Source of the DNA: a virus | Lineage: Duplodnaviria > Caudoviricetes | IMG/VR virus record: IMGVR_UViG_3300042940_001591 | DNA length: 64,000 nt | Direction: 5' to 3' (one strand) | In this document: in pieces, positions 1 through 10,359 of the stretch | Layout of the letters: the number at the start of each line of letters is the position of its first letter | Position numbering within the stretch: position 1 is the first letter of the stretch | Made by a program: the position numbers and the translations under genes | The notes under the pieces: model-generated | Told to the model about the DNA's origin: nothing | What the model saw: the letters and a program-made list of their open reading frames with translations, nothing else | Databases searched by the model: none

Positions 1-607
1 ATACAACTTGTAATGTCGTACTAGGTAATGTTACACCTGAAGGCATTAAACCAATTGTAAACCATTTACCGTCATCTGTAGTTGTAAAACCACTAAAATT
101 TGATACTATATAACTTGTTATAGATACTCCTTCTGTTGAAGTTTTACCCGATAACTCACCATATATTGTACTTCCGGTAATTGTTGCGGTTGTTGCAGAC
201 ATAGTAGTACTTCCAGACGTACTATAACTTGAATCCCAAGTAGCACCTGTTGGTGAAATACCACCTAATGTTTTTATTGCGAATGTTTTACCTGCTTTAT
301 ATCCAGTCAATCCAAGTACTCTTGTTACGAATAATTGGTTTGACTCTTGTAAATAAGATTTAGCTACGTAAGGTAACTCATATTTTGGGTTATTAGATCC
401 GTCTCCATATTTTTCTGGAGAGGTACCGCCAAAGTATGTTTTGAATTCGTCGAAGTCTCCTATTAAAATTGGTTCGAAAGCTGGACCTTTTAAGGTTTCA
501 CCTACTAATCCCAATGTTGTTACTCCGACACTTTGAGCCACGAATGTTAGATCCTTCTCAGATGTGTAGACACCTGGAGAAACGAATACTCTGTTTGAAT
601 TTGCCAT
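1..607 (-). CDS. Tail sheath protein (T4 gp18-like), N-terminal part; runs off left edge
   Basis: Not in ORF track. Hand translation from ATG at 607: MANSNRVFVSPGVYTSEKDLTFVAQSVGVTTLGLVGETLKGPAFEPILIGDFDEFKTYFG...YLQESNQLFVTRVLG. The SPGVY / G-x-T-x-KGP / F-x-x-x-FG / L-x-V-T-R-V pattern is typical of contractile sheath N-termini. Confidence 0.85.
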   Translation of the reverse strand, partial: MANSNRVFVSPGVYTSEKDLTFVAQSVGVTTLGLVGETLKGPAFEPILIGDFDEFKTYFGGTSPEKYGDGSNNPKYELPYVAKSYLQESNQLFVTRVLGLTGYKAGKTFAIKTLGGISPTGATWDSSYSTSGSTTMSATTATITGSTIYGELSGKTSTEGVSITSYIVSNFSGFTTTDDGKWFTIGLMPSGVTLPSTTLQVV

Positions 608-734
608 CGATTGTTGTTTGGTTAATTATTTTTATTAGTTATTCTATAAATATCTTTGTTTTTACCAAAGATTTCCGTACTTTTCTTAAAAAAGATAGTA
701 AATTATCTTTTTATATCTAAAACTATCTTTCATT

Positions 735-893
735 ATGGAAAACAAACAGAAAAATGTAAAAATCAGTGAAAAACACCACGAGATGTTAAAAGTCCATTGT
801 GAAAAGAACGGATTAAAAATTTACAAAGTCTTAGAAAAATTTATAGAAGACTTGTGTAAACCAAAAAAGAAGGACATGTATGGTGATGATTAA
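735..893 (+). CDS. Small ribbon-helix-helix (Arc/MetJ/CopG-like) DNA-binding protein, 52 aa
   Basis: Below ORF-track cutoff. MENKQKNVKISEKHHEMLKVHCEKNGLKIYKVLEKFIEDLCKPKKKDMYGDD: alternating beta strand (KNVKIS), helix, conserved G turn, helix. Stop overlaps the stop of the convergent gene. Confidence 0.6.
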   Translation: MENKQKNVKISEKHHEMLKVHCEKNGLKIYKVLEKFIEDLCKPKKKDMYGDD

Positions 894-2146
894 TAAAGAT
901 ACGTAACCCCTATTCTTGACCCAATTACAGGTGCACCACTCAACGTTATTCTTTGGTCACTAGTTATATCAAAACCTGAACCTTCCTCTTGTAATAGACC
1001 GTTTATGTCTACAGTTATGATACTATTGATGGAGTTATGTAATGTAAATTCTAATGTTGATCCATTATATGTAAAATATTCCGTTGTAACTTGTAATAAG
1101 GAACCATAAGTGTCGATAATTACACTATTTCTACCCTTATAATATGTTATGGCAATCGAACTACCTTCAGGTGGTGGTTCAGAAAATGTAATTTTTGATG
1201 TGTATGCGACGTGAAAATAATCCGTATCCCTCTCTTGTACAAGACCGTTTACCGATGCGTTGAATAACGTTCCTATACTTTCACCAACACTAAATTGTGT
1301 TTGAATTCCATCAGCAGGAAAAGTGGCCACAGTTACATCAATTAACTTATTAATAAATTTTTTACTGCCTGGTTTTTGATTTATAAATTCATTTAATAGA
1401 AAAAATCTACTAATTGCCGGCTTAACCTCAAATTCCTCACTATCTATTAAAATACCCAACATTACAAATTTATAATTTTGAATATAAAATCTACGACCAT
1501 CAACTGTATCTATAGGACTATTATCTTCAATACCCTCTAAAACTATTGGTATGTAATGTCCTTTTACAGATGTGTAAGCCTGTCTTGAAGAGAACTTTTG
1601 TAAAACAATTTTATTAAATTTATTTAAATCCCTAAATTTATGACACACTATTGTAACCTCAAAAGTTATATCCACAGCAACTGGTTGTGGCATTTTATAT
1701 ATGTCGGCACCAATTTGTGTTCCGTTCCATGTTGGGACAGATGCATAATGGAATGTTCTTCTATCAGGTATTGTTCTTTGTGTTACAGGATTCGTACCTG
1801 GCTGAACGTCAGGTTTTCTAATAATTGCAATAAATGGTACTTTAACATTACCATCGTCATCAGAAAACTCCCAATTGTTTGCAAATTCACCCCATCTTTG
1901 TATTGTAAGTATTTTTGGTATGATTGGGATTTGATTCCCATCAGATACAACAACAAAATTTGTTTTTATAAAATCTAACATTCCACCATCCAAATCATCA
2001 TGAAGTATAGAATCAGGTAAATAGGAATCTGACTTGGTAATCCTATCCAATAATTCCTGTCTTCTCTCCATAACTCGTTCACCTTGGAACGATTCTTTCG
2101 CACCACCATAAACATCAATGTTGTTTTTTCTTTTAGGTATTCCCAT
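890..2146 (-). CDS. Tail completion/terminator-like protein (gp15-like N-terminus) with two C-terminal beta-sandwich repeats
   Basis: PQPVAVDITFEVTIVCHKFRDLNKFNKIVLQKF resembles gp15-type terminators. The C-terminus has two similar units (TFPADGIQTQF..VNGLVQERDTDY..ITFSEPPPEGSSIAITY / TYNGSTLEF..INGLLQEEGSGF..ITLSGAPVIGSRIGVTY). Lies next to sheath and neck genes. Confidence 0.5.
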   Translation of the reverse strand: MGIPKRKNNIDVYGGAKESFQGERVMERRQELLDRITKSDSYLPDSILHDDLDGGMLDFIKTNFVVVSDGNQIPIIPKILTIQRWGEFANNWEFSDDDGNVKVPFIAIIRKPDVQPGTNPVTQRTIPDRRTFHYASVPTWNGTQIGADIYKMPQPVAVDITFEVTIVCHKFRDLNKFNKIVLQKFSSRQAYTSVKGHYIPIVLEGIEDNSPIDTVDGRRFYIQNYKFVMLGILIDSEEFEVKPAISRFFLLNEFINQKPGSKKFINKLIDVTVATFPADGIQTQFSVGESIGTLFNASVNGLVQERDTDYFHVAYTSKITFSEPPPEGSSIAITYYKGRNSVIIDTYGSLLQVTTEYFTYNGSTLEFTLHNSINSIITVDINGLLQEEGSGFDITSDQRITLSGAPVIGSRIGVTYLY

Positions 2147-2147
2147 G

Positions 2148-2660
2148 TTATACTCCTCTAAATTCGTTTTGTTGTGTTGGTACGCAAACTATAGTTCTAT
2201 AATGTGGTTTGAATCCAAACATTTTGTGTTTATTATCTGAGGTTACCTTACCATCATTTGAGACAGTATAAAACCTCAATTTCTCCTCCGAATCGGGATA
2301 ACCAATATAATCACCGTACTTAATATCCACATTCAATTCTTCCAAATGTGTTATATAAACCGACAATGTTAAATTTCCCGGCTCATTATATCTAACCATA
2401 CCAGATTTATATGTAACATTCTTCGGTTCTTCAATTTTAACCAATGCATTAATCTCAACAGGTGGAAAGTACTTTATCTCATCCGCACCCGCTTCAGCAT
2501 AGACCGCGTCATTGTCTGTTTTACTCCTATCGACACGATAAAGGACTAATTTCATGTTTAAATCCCCATGAAGATATTCCCTACCCATTTGAATATTGAT
2601 ATCAAAGTCGTCTTGAGAGAAGAATTTAGACAATCTGGTAATTGGTAATTTATTGTTCAT
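2148..2660 (-). CDS. Neck/head-closure protein (T4 gp14-like)
   Basis: LVLYRVD...DAVYAEA...KYFPPVEINALV and KYGDYIGY pattern; genomic context. Confidence 0.55.
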   Translation of the reverse strand: MNNKLPITRLSKFFSQDDFDINIQMGREYLHGDLNMKLVLYRVDRSKTDNDAVYAEAGADEIKYFPPVEINALVKIEEPKNVTYKSGMVRYNEPGNLTLSVYITHLEELNVDIKYGDYIGYPDSEEKLRFYTVSNDGKVTSDNKHKMFGFKPHYRTIVCVPTQQNEFRGV

Positions 2661-2708
2661 ATCCTAATAAATAGTTTAATCTTACGTTCTAATTATTTAT
2701 ATTTTAAT

Positions 2709-4460
2709 ATGGAAACAAAGATTCCCGAAATTGAGGCTAGAAATATACTTTCAACATATGAAGGTTCTAATAATCAATTATTAGATTGGAAAAGAAAATT
2801 TAAAGATGTTAAGAATTTTAAGTTAACGAGACCCCAATCTGAATATGTACAGAAATATCATGAAGTAACTCCAAAAATTGCCAGAAAACATATTAACATT
2901 GTTAGTACTTTCGGTGAAAAGATAATGGAGGATAGGTTATTAACAACTCCACCGACCAAAATTTGGTGTGAAAAATTATTATGTGAATCAGATAAGGCGT
3001 TTCATATATGGGGTAAGGTTTTAGAAATTGACCAATTAAGTGCAATGTGGTTACCAAAAGCGGCGGTTGTTCAAGAAGAAAAAAAATTAGATAGGGTAAT
3101 TGATTATACCAAATACAATTCAAGACCCCCGATGGACCATCAAAAGATTGCAATTGAAAAATTATTAGCGAACGATAAATTTATTTTAGCGGATGATATG
3201 GGTCTTGGTAAAACAACATCTGCGGTTATTGCGTCTTTAGAAAGTAAAGCAAGAAAGATACTTATAGTATGTCCCGCATCATTAAAAATAAATTGGGAAA
3301 GGGAAATAAAAAACTATTCAGATAGAAAAGTTTTAATTGTCGAAGGACGTAAATGGGGTTCTACTTTTGATTTCTACATTATTAATTATGATATTATTAA
3401 AAACTACCACACTACAGACAAGAGTGAAGATAGCGACGATTATAAATTATTGGTTAATGCCAATTTTGACTTGGCAATCGTAGATGAGGCTCACTATATA
3501 TCAAATGCCACAGCAAACAGAACTCGTTTATTAAATGATGTTTTAGAAACAATCCCAAAAGTTTGGTTATTAACTGGTACACCGATGACATCAAGACCAA
3601 TTAATTATTTCAATTTATTAAAGATTGTAGAATCACCATTAGCATTAAATTGGCAATCCTATGTTCGCAGATATTGTAAAGGTTACCAATTCAATGTCGG
3701 TAATCGTAAGGTTTGGAATACAAGTGGTGCAAGTAATTTAGATGAACTTCGTGAACGAACGAAAAATCTTGTTTTACGAAGAATGAAGACTGACATTCTT
3801 GACTTACCTGAAAAAATTGTTACACCAGTGTTTGTTGAATTGACTAGTAAAATGTATGATGAGGAATTAGAAGAATTTACTCGTATTAGTACCGATAAGA
3901 AAAATGATGAAACAATCACAGTTACGTTAAATCGTTTAATGAAAATTAGACAACTTATTGCTTACGAAAAAATCCCTTATACTTGTGAGTTGATTGACAA
4001 GTGTTTAGAACAAGGTAAAAAGGTAATTGTATTTACAAACTTTACAATGTCATTAGATATGTTACATGAGAAATATAAGAAAGTTTCAGTAACACTTGAT
4101 GGAAGAATGAATAAAGATAAGAGACAAGAAAATGTTGATAGATTCCAAACCGAAGATAAAATCAAAGTCTTCATTGGTAATATTAAAGCTGCGGGTGTTG
4201 GTATAACATTAACCTCTGCTGAAGTTGTTATTATGAATGACTTATCATTTGTACCTGCTGACCACTCACAAGGAGAAGATAGAGCATATCGTTATGGTCA
4301 ACAAAATAGTGTATTAGTTTATTATCCCGTTTTTGAAAACACGGTAGAAAAAATAATTTACAATATATTACAAAAGAAAAAGGGGATTATTGACCAAGTA
4401 ATGGGTGACGGAGAATATTCAGAATCCTTTAGTAAGGACTTACTTAAACAACTCTTTTAA
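2709..4460 (+). CDS. SNF2-family helicase (SMARCAL1/HARP-like)
   Basis: ILADDMGLGKT (Walker A), IVDEAH (DEAH), LLTGTP, KVIVFT, AAGVGITLT, QGEDRAYRYGQ. Confidence 0.92.
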   Translation: METKIPEIEARNILSTYEGSNNQLLDWKRKFKDVKNFKLTRPQSEYVQKYHEVTPKIARKHINIVSTFGEKIMEDRLLTTPPTKIWCEKLLCESDKAFHIWGKVLEIDQLSAMWLPKAAVVQEEKKLDRVIDYTKYNSRPPMDHQKIAIEKLLANDKFILADDMGLGKTTSAVIASLESKARKILIVCPASLKINWEREIKNYSDRKVLIVEGRKWGSTFDFYIINYDIIKNYHTTDKSEDSDDYKLLVNANFDLAIVDEAHYISNATANRTRLLNDVLETIPKVWLLTGTPMTSRPINYFNLLKIVESPLALNWQSYVRRYCKGYQFNVGNRKVWNTSGASNLDELRERTKNLVLRRMKTDILDLPEKIVTPVFVELTSKMYDEELEEFTRISTDKKNDETITVTLNRLMKIRQLIAYEKIPYTCELIDKCLEQGKKVIVFTNFTMSLDMLHEKYKKVSVTLDGRMNKDKRQENVDRFQTEDKIKVFIGNIKAAGVGITLTSAEVVIMNDLSFVPADHSQGEDRAYRYGQQNSVLVYYPVFENTVEKIIYNILQKKKGIIDQVMGDGEYSESFSKDLLKQLF

Positions 4461-4649
4461 CTCACCAATTTTTTTATCCAATAAAGAATCCAACTCCTTA
4501 TCTTCATAATCCGATACGTTAACAACTATTGTTTTTTCAGGTTCATTAAAGTTGACGTAGTTCCCGCCTTCCTCTTTTTGATATGTAAAAACAATATTAT
4601 TTATTCCACAAAGGATTAATAGTTCATTTAGTTTATTCGTTGTAGTCAT
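4440..4649 (-). CDS. Hypothetical protein
   Basis: ATG ORF filling the gap between two genes, preceded by TAttTTTG on the minus strand (4655-4662). Confidence 0.6.
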   Translation of the reverse strand: MTTTNKLNELLILCGINNIVFTYQKEEGGNYVNFNEPEKTIVVNVSDYEDKELDSLLDKKIGELKELFK

Positions 4650-4688
4650 AATACCAAAAATAAACTATTTATTGAAATATACCAAATT

Positions 4689-5804
4689 ATGGCTACAATT
4701 ATTTCACAATCTGAAAAGGACAAATTATATACACAGGTTTTTCACCTATTGGGGATGCCCGTTCGTGGCATTGAACTTACTGAAGAACAAATGGATACTT
4801 TTTTAGAGTTTTCCTTGTCTGAATATGAACAATACGTTAGTGATTGGTTGATTGAATCTCAATGGTCCGCATTGGCCGGATTAGATGTTGATACACAATC
4901 CCTTTCTAGAGCGTTTACTACAAGAAGTTTAGATTATGAGACACAATACACTTATTCATATTCCAAAATAGTTGGTTTACAGGCCGGTGGTGATAACGAA
5001 CTTAAAAAAGATTTTTTTACCCTTACAGGTGGTACACAAACATATGAAATACCTGCTGGTCGTGAAATAAACGAACTATTATGGTTTACAAGAGCCGAGT
5101 TAACCGATTCAATCGTTGACCCGTTTTTAGGTGGTTTCGGTGGTCTTGGAGGTGTTGGTTTTGGTGGTGTGGGAGGATTTGCTCAGGTTGGGTCTTCAGG
5201 TTCATACTTTATGTTACCAGCTTTTGACCTTCTTTTAAGAATGCAAGATAGAAGTATTAAAAATAGAATAATTGGTGGGGATTTAACATATAGGATTACT
5301 GCGGGACCTGAAGGTAAAAAATATATTCACTTATACAACGTGCCTGGTGGAAAATACGATTTTGGTAATAACGCTAATAAAAACTATCAAGTATGGTATT
5401 GGTATTATGATACCATGGATAGAGACACTTGTCTACAAAAAAACAAAGATGTTATTAAATTACCTTCTGATGTTATGACCGAAGAACTTACTTGGGATAA
5501 GTTAAATAAACCATCTCAAAATTGGGTAAGAAAATACCTAATAGGTTATTCTAAAGAAGGATTAGGTCGTATTTGGGGTAAATTCTCAGGTGATTTACAA
5601 GTTCCTGACAGTGCTGTTAAATTAGATTATAGTTCTTTATTGACTGAAGGTAAAGACGAAAGAATGAAATTGGTTGAGGAACTTATGGCTAGATTAGAAA
5701 GACTCCGCCCTGAAAAAATTCTTGAAAGAAAAGGTTCAGAAGCGGAGAATTTAAATAAAGCACTTAAGTTTAGAGCAATGCCAAGTCCGTTTAATGTAAT
5801 CTAA
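4689..5804 (+). CDS. Neck/head-tail adaptor protein (T4 gp13-like)
   Basis: LLGMPVRGIELTEEQMD N-terminal motif; C-terminal WVRKYLIGYSKEGLGRIWGKF...VKLDYSSLLTEGKDE. Confidence 0.7.
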   Translation: MATIISQSEKDKLYTQVFHLLGMPVRGIELTEEQMDTFLEFSLSEYEQYVSDWLIESQWSALAGLDVDTQSLSRAFTTRSLDYETQYTYSYSKIVGLQAGGDNELKKDFFTLTGGTQTYEIPAGREINELLWFTRAELTDSIVDPFLGGFGGLGGVGFGGVGGFAQVGSSGSYFMLPAFDLLLRMQDRSIKNRIIGGDLTYRITAGPEGKKYIHLYNVPGGKYDFGNNANKNYQVWYWYYDTMDRDTCLQKNKDVIKLPSDVMTEELTWDKLNKPSQNWVRKYLIGYSKEGLGRIWGKFSGDLQVPDSAVKLDYSSLLTEGKDERMKLVEELMARLERLRPEKILERKGSEAENLNKALKFRAMPSPFNVI

Positions 5805-8704
5805 ACTTCTATTGCGTGGTAAGCGTAATCGTGTCCATCATTTTCAATGATTTCATCCTCATTACTGATTGTACTTTCAGCTTGTAGTGATACCACTTTT
5901 CTATTATGTTCCACCCAATTTTGGTCAACTAATTTTAGACTATCTTCAACATACATAAAATAAGGATCTCTACCCACTCTATTCCAAAAAATAACTTCAC
6001 TATCTGAAAGTGTCATTACCTCATCAAACTTATCTTGTCCACTTTCTTTTAATGGATAACCATTAACAAGTTCACATTGTAATTTAGTAAAGTATTGTCT
6101 ATCCTTTGGGTCTTCAATAAGAATATCTTCTCTAATGTTTGGGTTAAATGCAACCAATAAAGGCTCAACACGTTTGTTAAAATTACTAAGATAACGAGGA
6201 ACGTTATAATCACCTTTTAAATCGGGATTATTTGTAATTTCCTTTTCATCAATCATGTAACAATTAACATTTATAACTGCGTGGTCTTTCGGCATTTCAC
6301 TACCAATACTTTCAAAATACTCAATCATTTCCTTTTTTGTCCATCTAGTTTTTCTTTCCACATCTCCAGATGATTTTTTTATACCATTATTAACATAGTA
6401 TATTGTATCACCTAAACCGGCAGGATAATCATTTTGAATTATTAATTCCATGTGTGCTTGACGAGACATTAAAGAACCTGATTTAGTTGTTTTTTGTACG
6501 TGTTTTTTATATTCATTAATAGATTGTTTAACACGAGCTTTATTTGCAATTTTAGATAATGGTATTTCTTTATTATATATTTTTTCTACGTAATTGTAAT
6601 ATAGTTCCACAAAAGAATGTCCGTCACCATTTAACAAATATTTAAAACCTTCATCCAAAAATTCAACAATATATGTTTGTAATTTTTTTGATTTAATTGT
6701 GTTACCTGTTAATTTAATTTTCTCCTTGCCTTTCTTAATTAATTTAATAATATAATTCTTACGAGATACGTTAATGCAAGATGGTGCGGTGTAGTCAATA
6801 TCTAAACCCATTTCACCTCTCATGAATATGTCATTGAACTCTGCGGTGTGAGCTTCAATACCTTTATATTCTTTACCTTCTATTACTAATTCATTTAAAC
6901 CTTTACCAACATACACAGCGTCTAATGCACTATCAGGTGTTTCAAAGTTCACACCGTCCGTGTCCATTACAAGAGGTTTATAACCCTTTTGCATATAGAA
7001 CATAATCATCATACGTAAACACTGACGACCAATGCAAGTAATAGTTTCACCTGAATCCATTTCCCCCCAAGGGAATACGTGTGGTGCAGATAATGAACCA
7101 AAATATGCATTAATAAAAATCTTAATTGGTAATTGTTTACGGTCGTACATTTCAGCAGCAACAGGGTCGCTATCTTTTAATTCACTGGCAAGATGCTTAT
7201 ATTTAATACGAATGTTACGGAAATATTTCAACATCGATTTTTGTACTCCCATGACATCACACGCGGGAAATACATCATACACTAATTGAATTGATGGGTA
7301 GAGCGATGAGTAGTCAAATTTAACAATATTCTTTGCATAACCAACATTTAATAAACGAGATAATCCACCAGTAAAGGCTCGTTTCTCATCTTTAGATGGT
7401 ACTGCTAAATTATTTTCATAAGACCAAGCTAACATAATGATTTTCCATAATGTTGCCGTACCCATTGTTGCAATCCTTTCATAAGTTGTTGGTACAAGTT
7501 TTGACAATAAAAATGTTGATTGAGAAAATGAATCGTCTACAACCATTGTCTCATAAAGGTCATCATCAAGATATTGCTCAACAATTTTCCTACCTGGCCA
7601 TATCTCAAACTTGCCAGGATATTTTCGTAATAAATCTTCGGTACCTGGCTCACCTATTTGTTTATATCCACCTGTTTTTGGATTTACATAATAACTTTCA
7701 TTATCTAGATATATTTTTGATATTTTACTACCTTCAACATACACACGATTAGGTTTTTCTTTTTCCAAATATGTGGTAATGTATTTCAAACCCCATGATT
7801 TAATTTCAGAATTGATTGCTTGAGCACGTCGTACTGAATGTGCAATATCAATGATATTAAAACCCCAAATAATATGTTGTTTATATGGCTCAACTTCATT
7901 TGCCAATTTTAACATTCCCTCTTTTTCTTTCATTCCTTGGGACGTGAAAATTTGAGTCATTCCATCAACATCAACACCAAGAATTTCCGCACGTTTTAAT
8001 ATGAATGGCCAATCAAAAAATGCGGAGTTGTAACCAGCAATGATTGTTGGTTTTAAGTCCCTTATATATTGGAAAAATCTTTCAATACATTTTTTTTCTC
8101 CGTCTTCCCCAAAGGCGGGAATTGTTACGTTTAAACCACGATTATCTTTAACCCCAATTAATATAATAACACAAGTTTCAGGGTCAAGACCTGTGGTTTC
8201 AATATCAAATACAAATCGATTAACACCACCATAATCATCAATACCTTTGAATAATCTTTTTTTCGTTTGAACAAGATATTGTTCTACCGGTGATAAAACC
8301 GTAAAATGTTGTCTATATTTTTCATCCCACGGATTAATACCACCCATTCTGAAAAATGAAATTAAATCGGTATACGATTTAAGACTTTTTACCAAATATT
8401 TCATACCCGACTCAAGTCGTTCATCTCCATGAGTATCTAATTTTTCAATTAGAATACCAAATTCACCCATACGTTTTTTTTGTATGGATTTTGAATTATT
8501 GTAAAAACCTAAACCTGATAAATCACCAACCCACATAAACGGGGTAAATGAATCTGATTTTACAATCTTTCCCTTTTCGGGGTCCTGAATAATTTTGTAA
8601 ATTGTGTTGGTGGGGTAGTCGTATTCGACTCCGACAATGAACTCTTCGGGGTCGCCACCGTTAAGGAAGTTTTCTATAACTTCCTGAGAGATAACTTCTT
8701 TCAT
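5801..8704 (-). CDS. Family B DNA polymerase with 3'-5' exonuclease
   Basis: ExoI FDIETT, ExoII GYNSAFFDWPF, ExoIII YLDDDL; region II FDYSSLYPS, region III KIFINAYFG, region I MDTDG. Confidence 0.95.
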   Translation of the reverse strand: MKEVISQEVIENFLNGGDPEEFIVGVEYDYPTNTIYKIIQDPEKGKIVKSDSFTPFMWVGDLSGLGFYNNSKSIQKKRMGEFGILIEKLDTHGDERLESGMKYLVKSLKSYTDLISFFRMGGINPWDEKYRQHFTVLSPVEQYLVQTKKRLFKGIDDYGGVNRFVFDIETTGLDPETCVIILIGVKDNRGLNVTIPAFGEDGEKKCIERFFQYIRDLKPTIIAGYNSAFFDWPFILKRAEILGVDVDGMTQIFTSQGMKEKEGMLKLANEVEPYKQHIIWGFNIIDIAHSVRRAQAINSEIKSWGLKYITTYLEKEKPNRVYVEGSKISKIYLDNESYYVNPKTGGYKQIGEPGTEDLLRKYPGKFEIWPGRKIVEQYLDDDLYETMVVDDSFSQSTFLLSKLVPTTYERIATMGTATLWKIIMLAWSYENNLAVPSKDEKRAFTGGLSRLLNVGYAKNIVKFDYSSLYPSIQLVYDVFPACDVMGVQKSMLKYFRNIRIKYKHLASELKDSDPVAAEMYDRKQLPIKIFINAYFGSLSAPHVFPWGEMDSGETITCIGRQCLRMMIMFYMQKGYKPLVMDTDGVNFETPDSALDAVYVGKGLNELVIEGKEYKGIEAHTAEFNDIFMRGEMGLDIDYTAPSCINVSRKNYIIKLIKKGKEKIKLTGNTIKSKKLQTYIVEFLDEGFKYLLNGDGHSFVELYYNYVEKIYNKEIPLSKIANKARVKQSINEYKKHVQKTTKSGSLMSRQAHMELIIQNDYPAGLGDTIYYVNNGIKKSSGDVERKTRWTKKEMIEYFESIGSEMPKDHAVINVNCYMIDEKEITNNPDLKGDYNVPRYLSNFNKRVEPLLVAFNPNIREDILIEDPKDRQYFTKLQCELVNGYPLKESGQDKFDEVMTLSDSEVIFWNRVGRDPYFMYVEDSLKLVDQNWVEHNRKVVSLQAESTISNEDEIIENDGHDYAYHAIEV

Positions 8705-8795
8705 CTTATAATTTTTTTAAATGTGACGTATTAGCTTACTGAAAATCAGTAGTTTGCCTTGTTTTCATCTGTAAATATAAGAATTAAAATCGGTA

Positions 8796-9164
8796 TTAAA
8801 AAATGTTGATGTATAATTTTTCTTTAACGGGTAATATCAATTTTGTTGTTGGGTTTCCGTTTGTGTCTAAAAATTGTATAGTTATTTTACCCTCAAATTT
8901 ACCCATTTCTGAAGTTTGGGTTTCAGTAAATCTATGTGTAATATAATATTCCTCGGTTGTTTGGTTATATAATTTTGTTCTCGTTGTCACTAAACAATCA
9001 CTATTCAATATTACGGGTTCCCCTGTTTTAACGTCAGACATTTCAAATGTGATGTCTGCACTTTCGAGCATATCATTAAATGATGATTTGTCGTTTTTAC
9101 CGTCATCAATCATCCTCATTTTTAATATTGGGTCAGATGCCCCTTGTCTTATAAAGAATTCCAT
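8796..9164 (-). CDS. BppU-N-like baseplate/tail-associated protein
   Basis: FFIRQGASDPILKMRMID...ITFEMSD...YITHRFTETQTSEMGKFEGKITIQF pattern of the BppU N-terminal beta-sandwich. Confidence 0.45.
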   Translation of the reverse strand: MEFFIRQGASDPILKMRMIDDGKNDKSSFNDMLESADITFEMSDVKTGEPVILNSDCLVTTRTKLYNQTTEEYYITHRFTETQTSEMGKFEGKITIQFLDTNGNPTTKLILPVKEKLYINIF

Positions 9165-9194
9165 ATGTTATAAATATTGTTTTTTTAATATTAT

Positions 9195-10358
9195 TTATCC
9201 TCTAAATGTTATTGTTATTGGTAAATTCTTTACAAATGGATTAGGTGAATCTTGTGTTTGTGTTACTCCGCCTGTCTCAGATATAATAAATGTATTATAT
9301 GTTGGTTGATTAAATATATAGTTAAAACCCGGAGCAAGTGAATATCTTGCGGTGTTCGAACCTTGTGTTAATGACACTGTACCTCCATTATCTTTAATGC
9401 TTTGAAATAATGATAAATAATCAACACCCGCACTATTTTTGGTGTTAAAACGAAGTATAACAAATGTATTACTAATAAAATTAGGATTATATGTAACAAC
9501 TATATCACTAGGCTGTCCTGTAGGATTATATGTGAAAAGTGATTCACCATTACCATCGAAAGTTGCACTCGTCTGTCCAAAAAATAAACCCTCATCGCCC
9601 GTTAAATACCATTCACTAGTAACTACCATTGGTGATGTTGGACTTGGCGTCATAGTCATTGTTGGTGTCATTGTTGGTGTCATTGTTGGTGTTTCCGACG
9701 GAGTCATCGTTGGTGTTAAAGTAATGGTAGGTGTAATACTAGGTGTTGGTGTTACTGTATTAGTTGGTGTCATGGTTGGTGTTTCTGATGGGGTCATTGT
9801 GGGCGTTTCAGAAGGAGTTACCGTTGGAGTTTGACTATTTGTTGGTGTTTGAGTTATCGTTTGTGTTGGCGTTTGTGTTGGTGTTTCCGACGGAGTCATC
9901 GTTGGAGTTTCACTTGGTGTTTGAGTTGGTGTTTCCGACGGAGTCATCGTTGGAGTTTCACTTGGTGTTTGAGTTGGTGTTTGAGTAATGGTATTTGTAG
10001 GTGTTACCGTATTAGTTGGTGTTAAACTAATTGTTGGAGTAATACTTGGTGTGGGTGTGTTGGTCGGTGTTACTGTATTTGTTTGTGTTAAAGTAATAGT
10101 AGGTGTTTGAGTTGGAGTTGGTGTTCCGGTAGGTGTAACAGTATTAGTTGGTGTTTGAGTTGGTGTAACAGTATTAGTTGGTGTTTGAGTTGGTGTGGGG
10201 GTTGCCGTTCCGGTTGGTGTCATAGTATTAGTTGGTGTAATACTTTGAGTAAGTATTGGAGTTACAACCGAAGACCAAATTATGTTTCCATTTAAATAAA
10301 CAAAAGATGGTGTGTTACCATTAAACTTAATATCTGATGCGTTTGTAAATAAACTCAT
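9195..10358 (-). CDS. Thr/Pro-rich mucin-like (likely virion fibre/decoration) protein
   Basis: About 200 aa of TPT(Q/N/M)T / TPSET repeats between a short N-terminal module and a ~140 aa C-terminal globular domain. Confidence 0.75.
   Translation of the reverse strand: MSLFTNASDIKFNGNTPSFVYLNGNIIWSSVVTPILTQSITPTNTMTPTGTATPTPTQTPTNTVTPTQTPTNTVTPTGTPTPTQTPTITLTQTNTVTPTNTPTPSITPTISLTPTNTVTPTNTITQTPTQTPSETPTMTPSETPTQTPSETPTMTPSETPTQTPTQTITQTPTNSQTPTVTPSETPTMTPSETPTMTPTNTVTPTPSITPTITLTPTMTPSETPTMTPTMTPTMTMTPSPTSPMVVTSEWYLTGDEGLFFGQTSATFDGNGESLFTYNPTGQPSDIVVTYNPNFISNTFVILRFNTKNSAGVDYLSLFQSIKDNGGTVSLTQGSNTARYSLAPGFNYIFNQPTYNTFIISETGGVTQTQDSPNPFVKNLPITITFRG
9880..9975. repeat. Perfect 2 x 48-nt tandem duplication in the T/P-rich gene (a second 2 x 30-nt duplication at 10132-10191)
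   Basis: ggtgtttccgacggagtcatcgttggagtttcacttggtgtttgagtt x2; ggtgtaacagtattagttggtgtttgagtt x2. Confidence 0.9.
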
Positions 10359-10359
10359 T

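Noticed and set aside
469-720. 83-aa plus-strand ORF in the track
   Set aside because: Overlaps the sheath gene start and promoter on the opposite strand; no recognisable features.
9439-10295. Plus-strand ORFs over the T/P repeat (9439, 9764, 9831, 10107)
   Set aside because: Antisense shadows of a low-complexity repeat that lacks stops in other frames.
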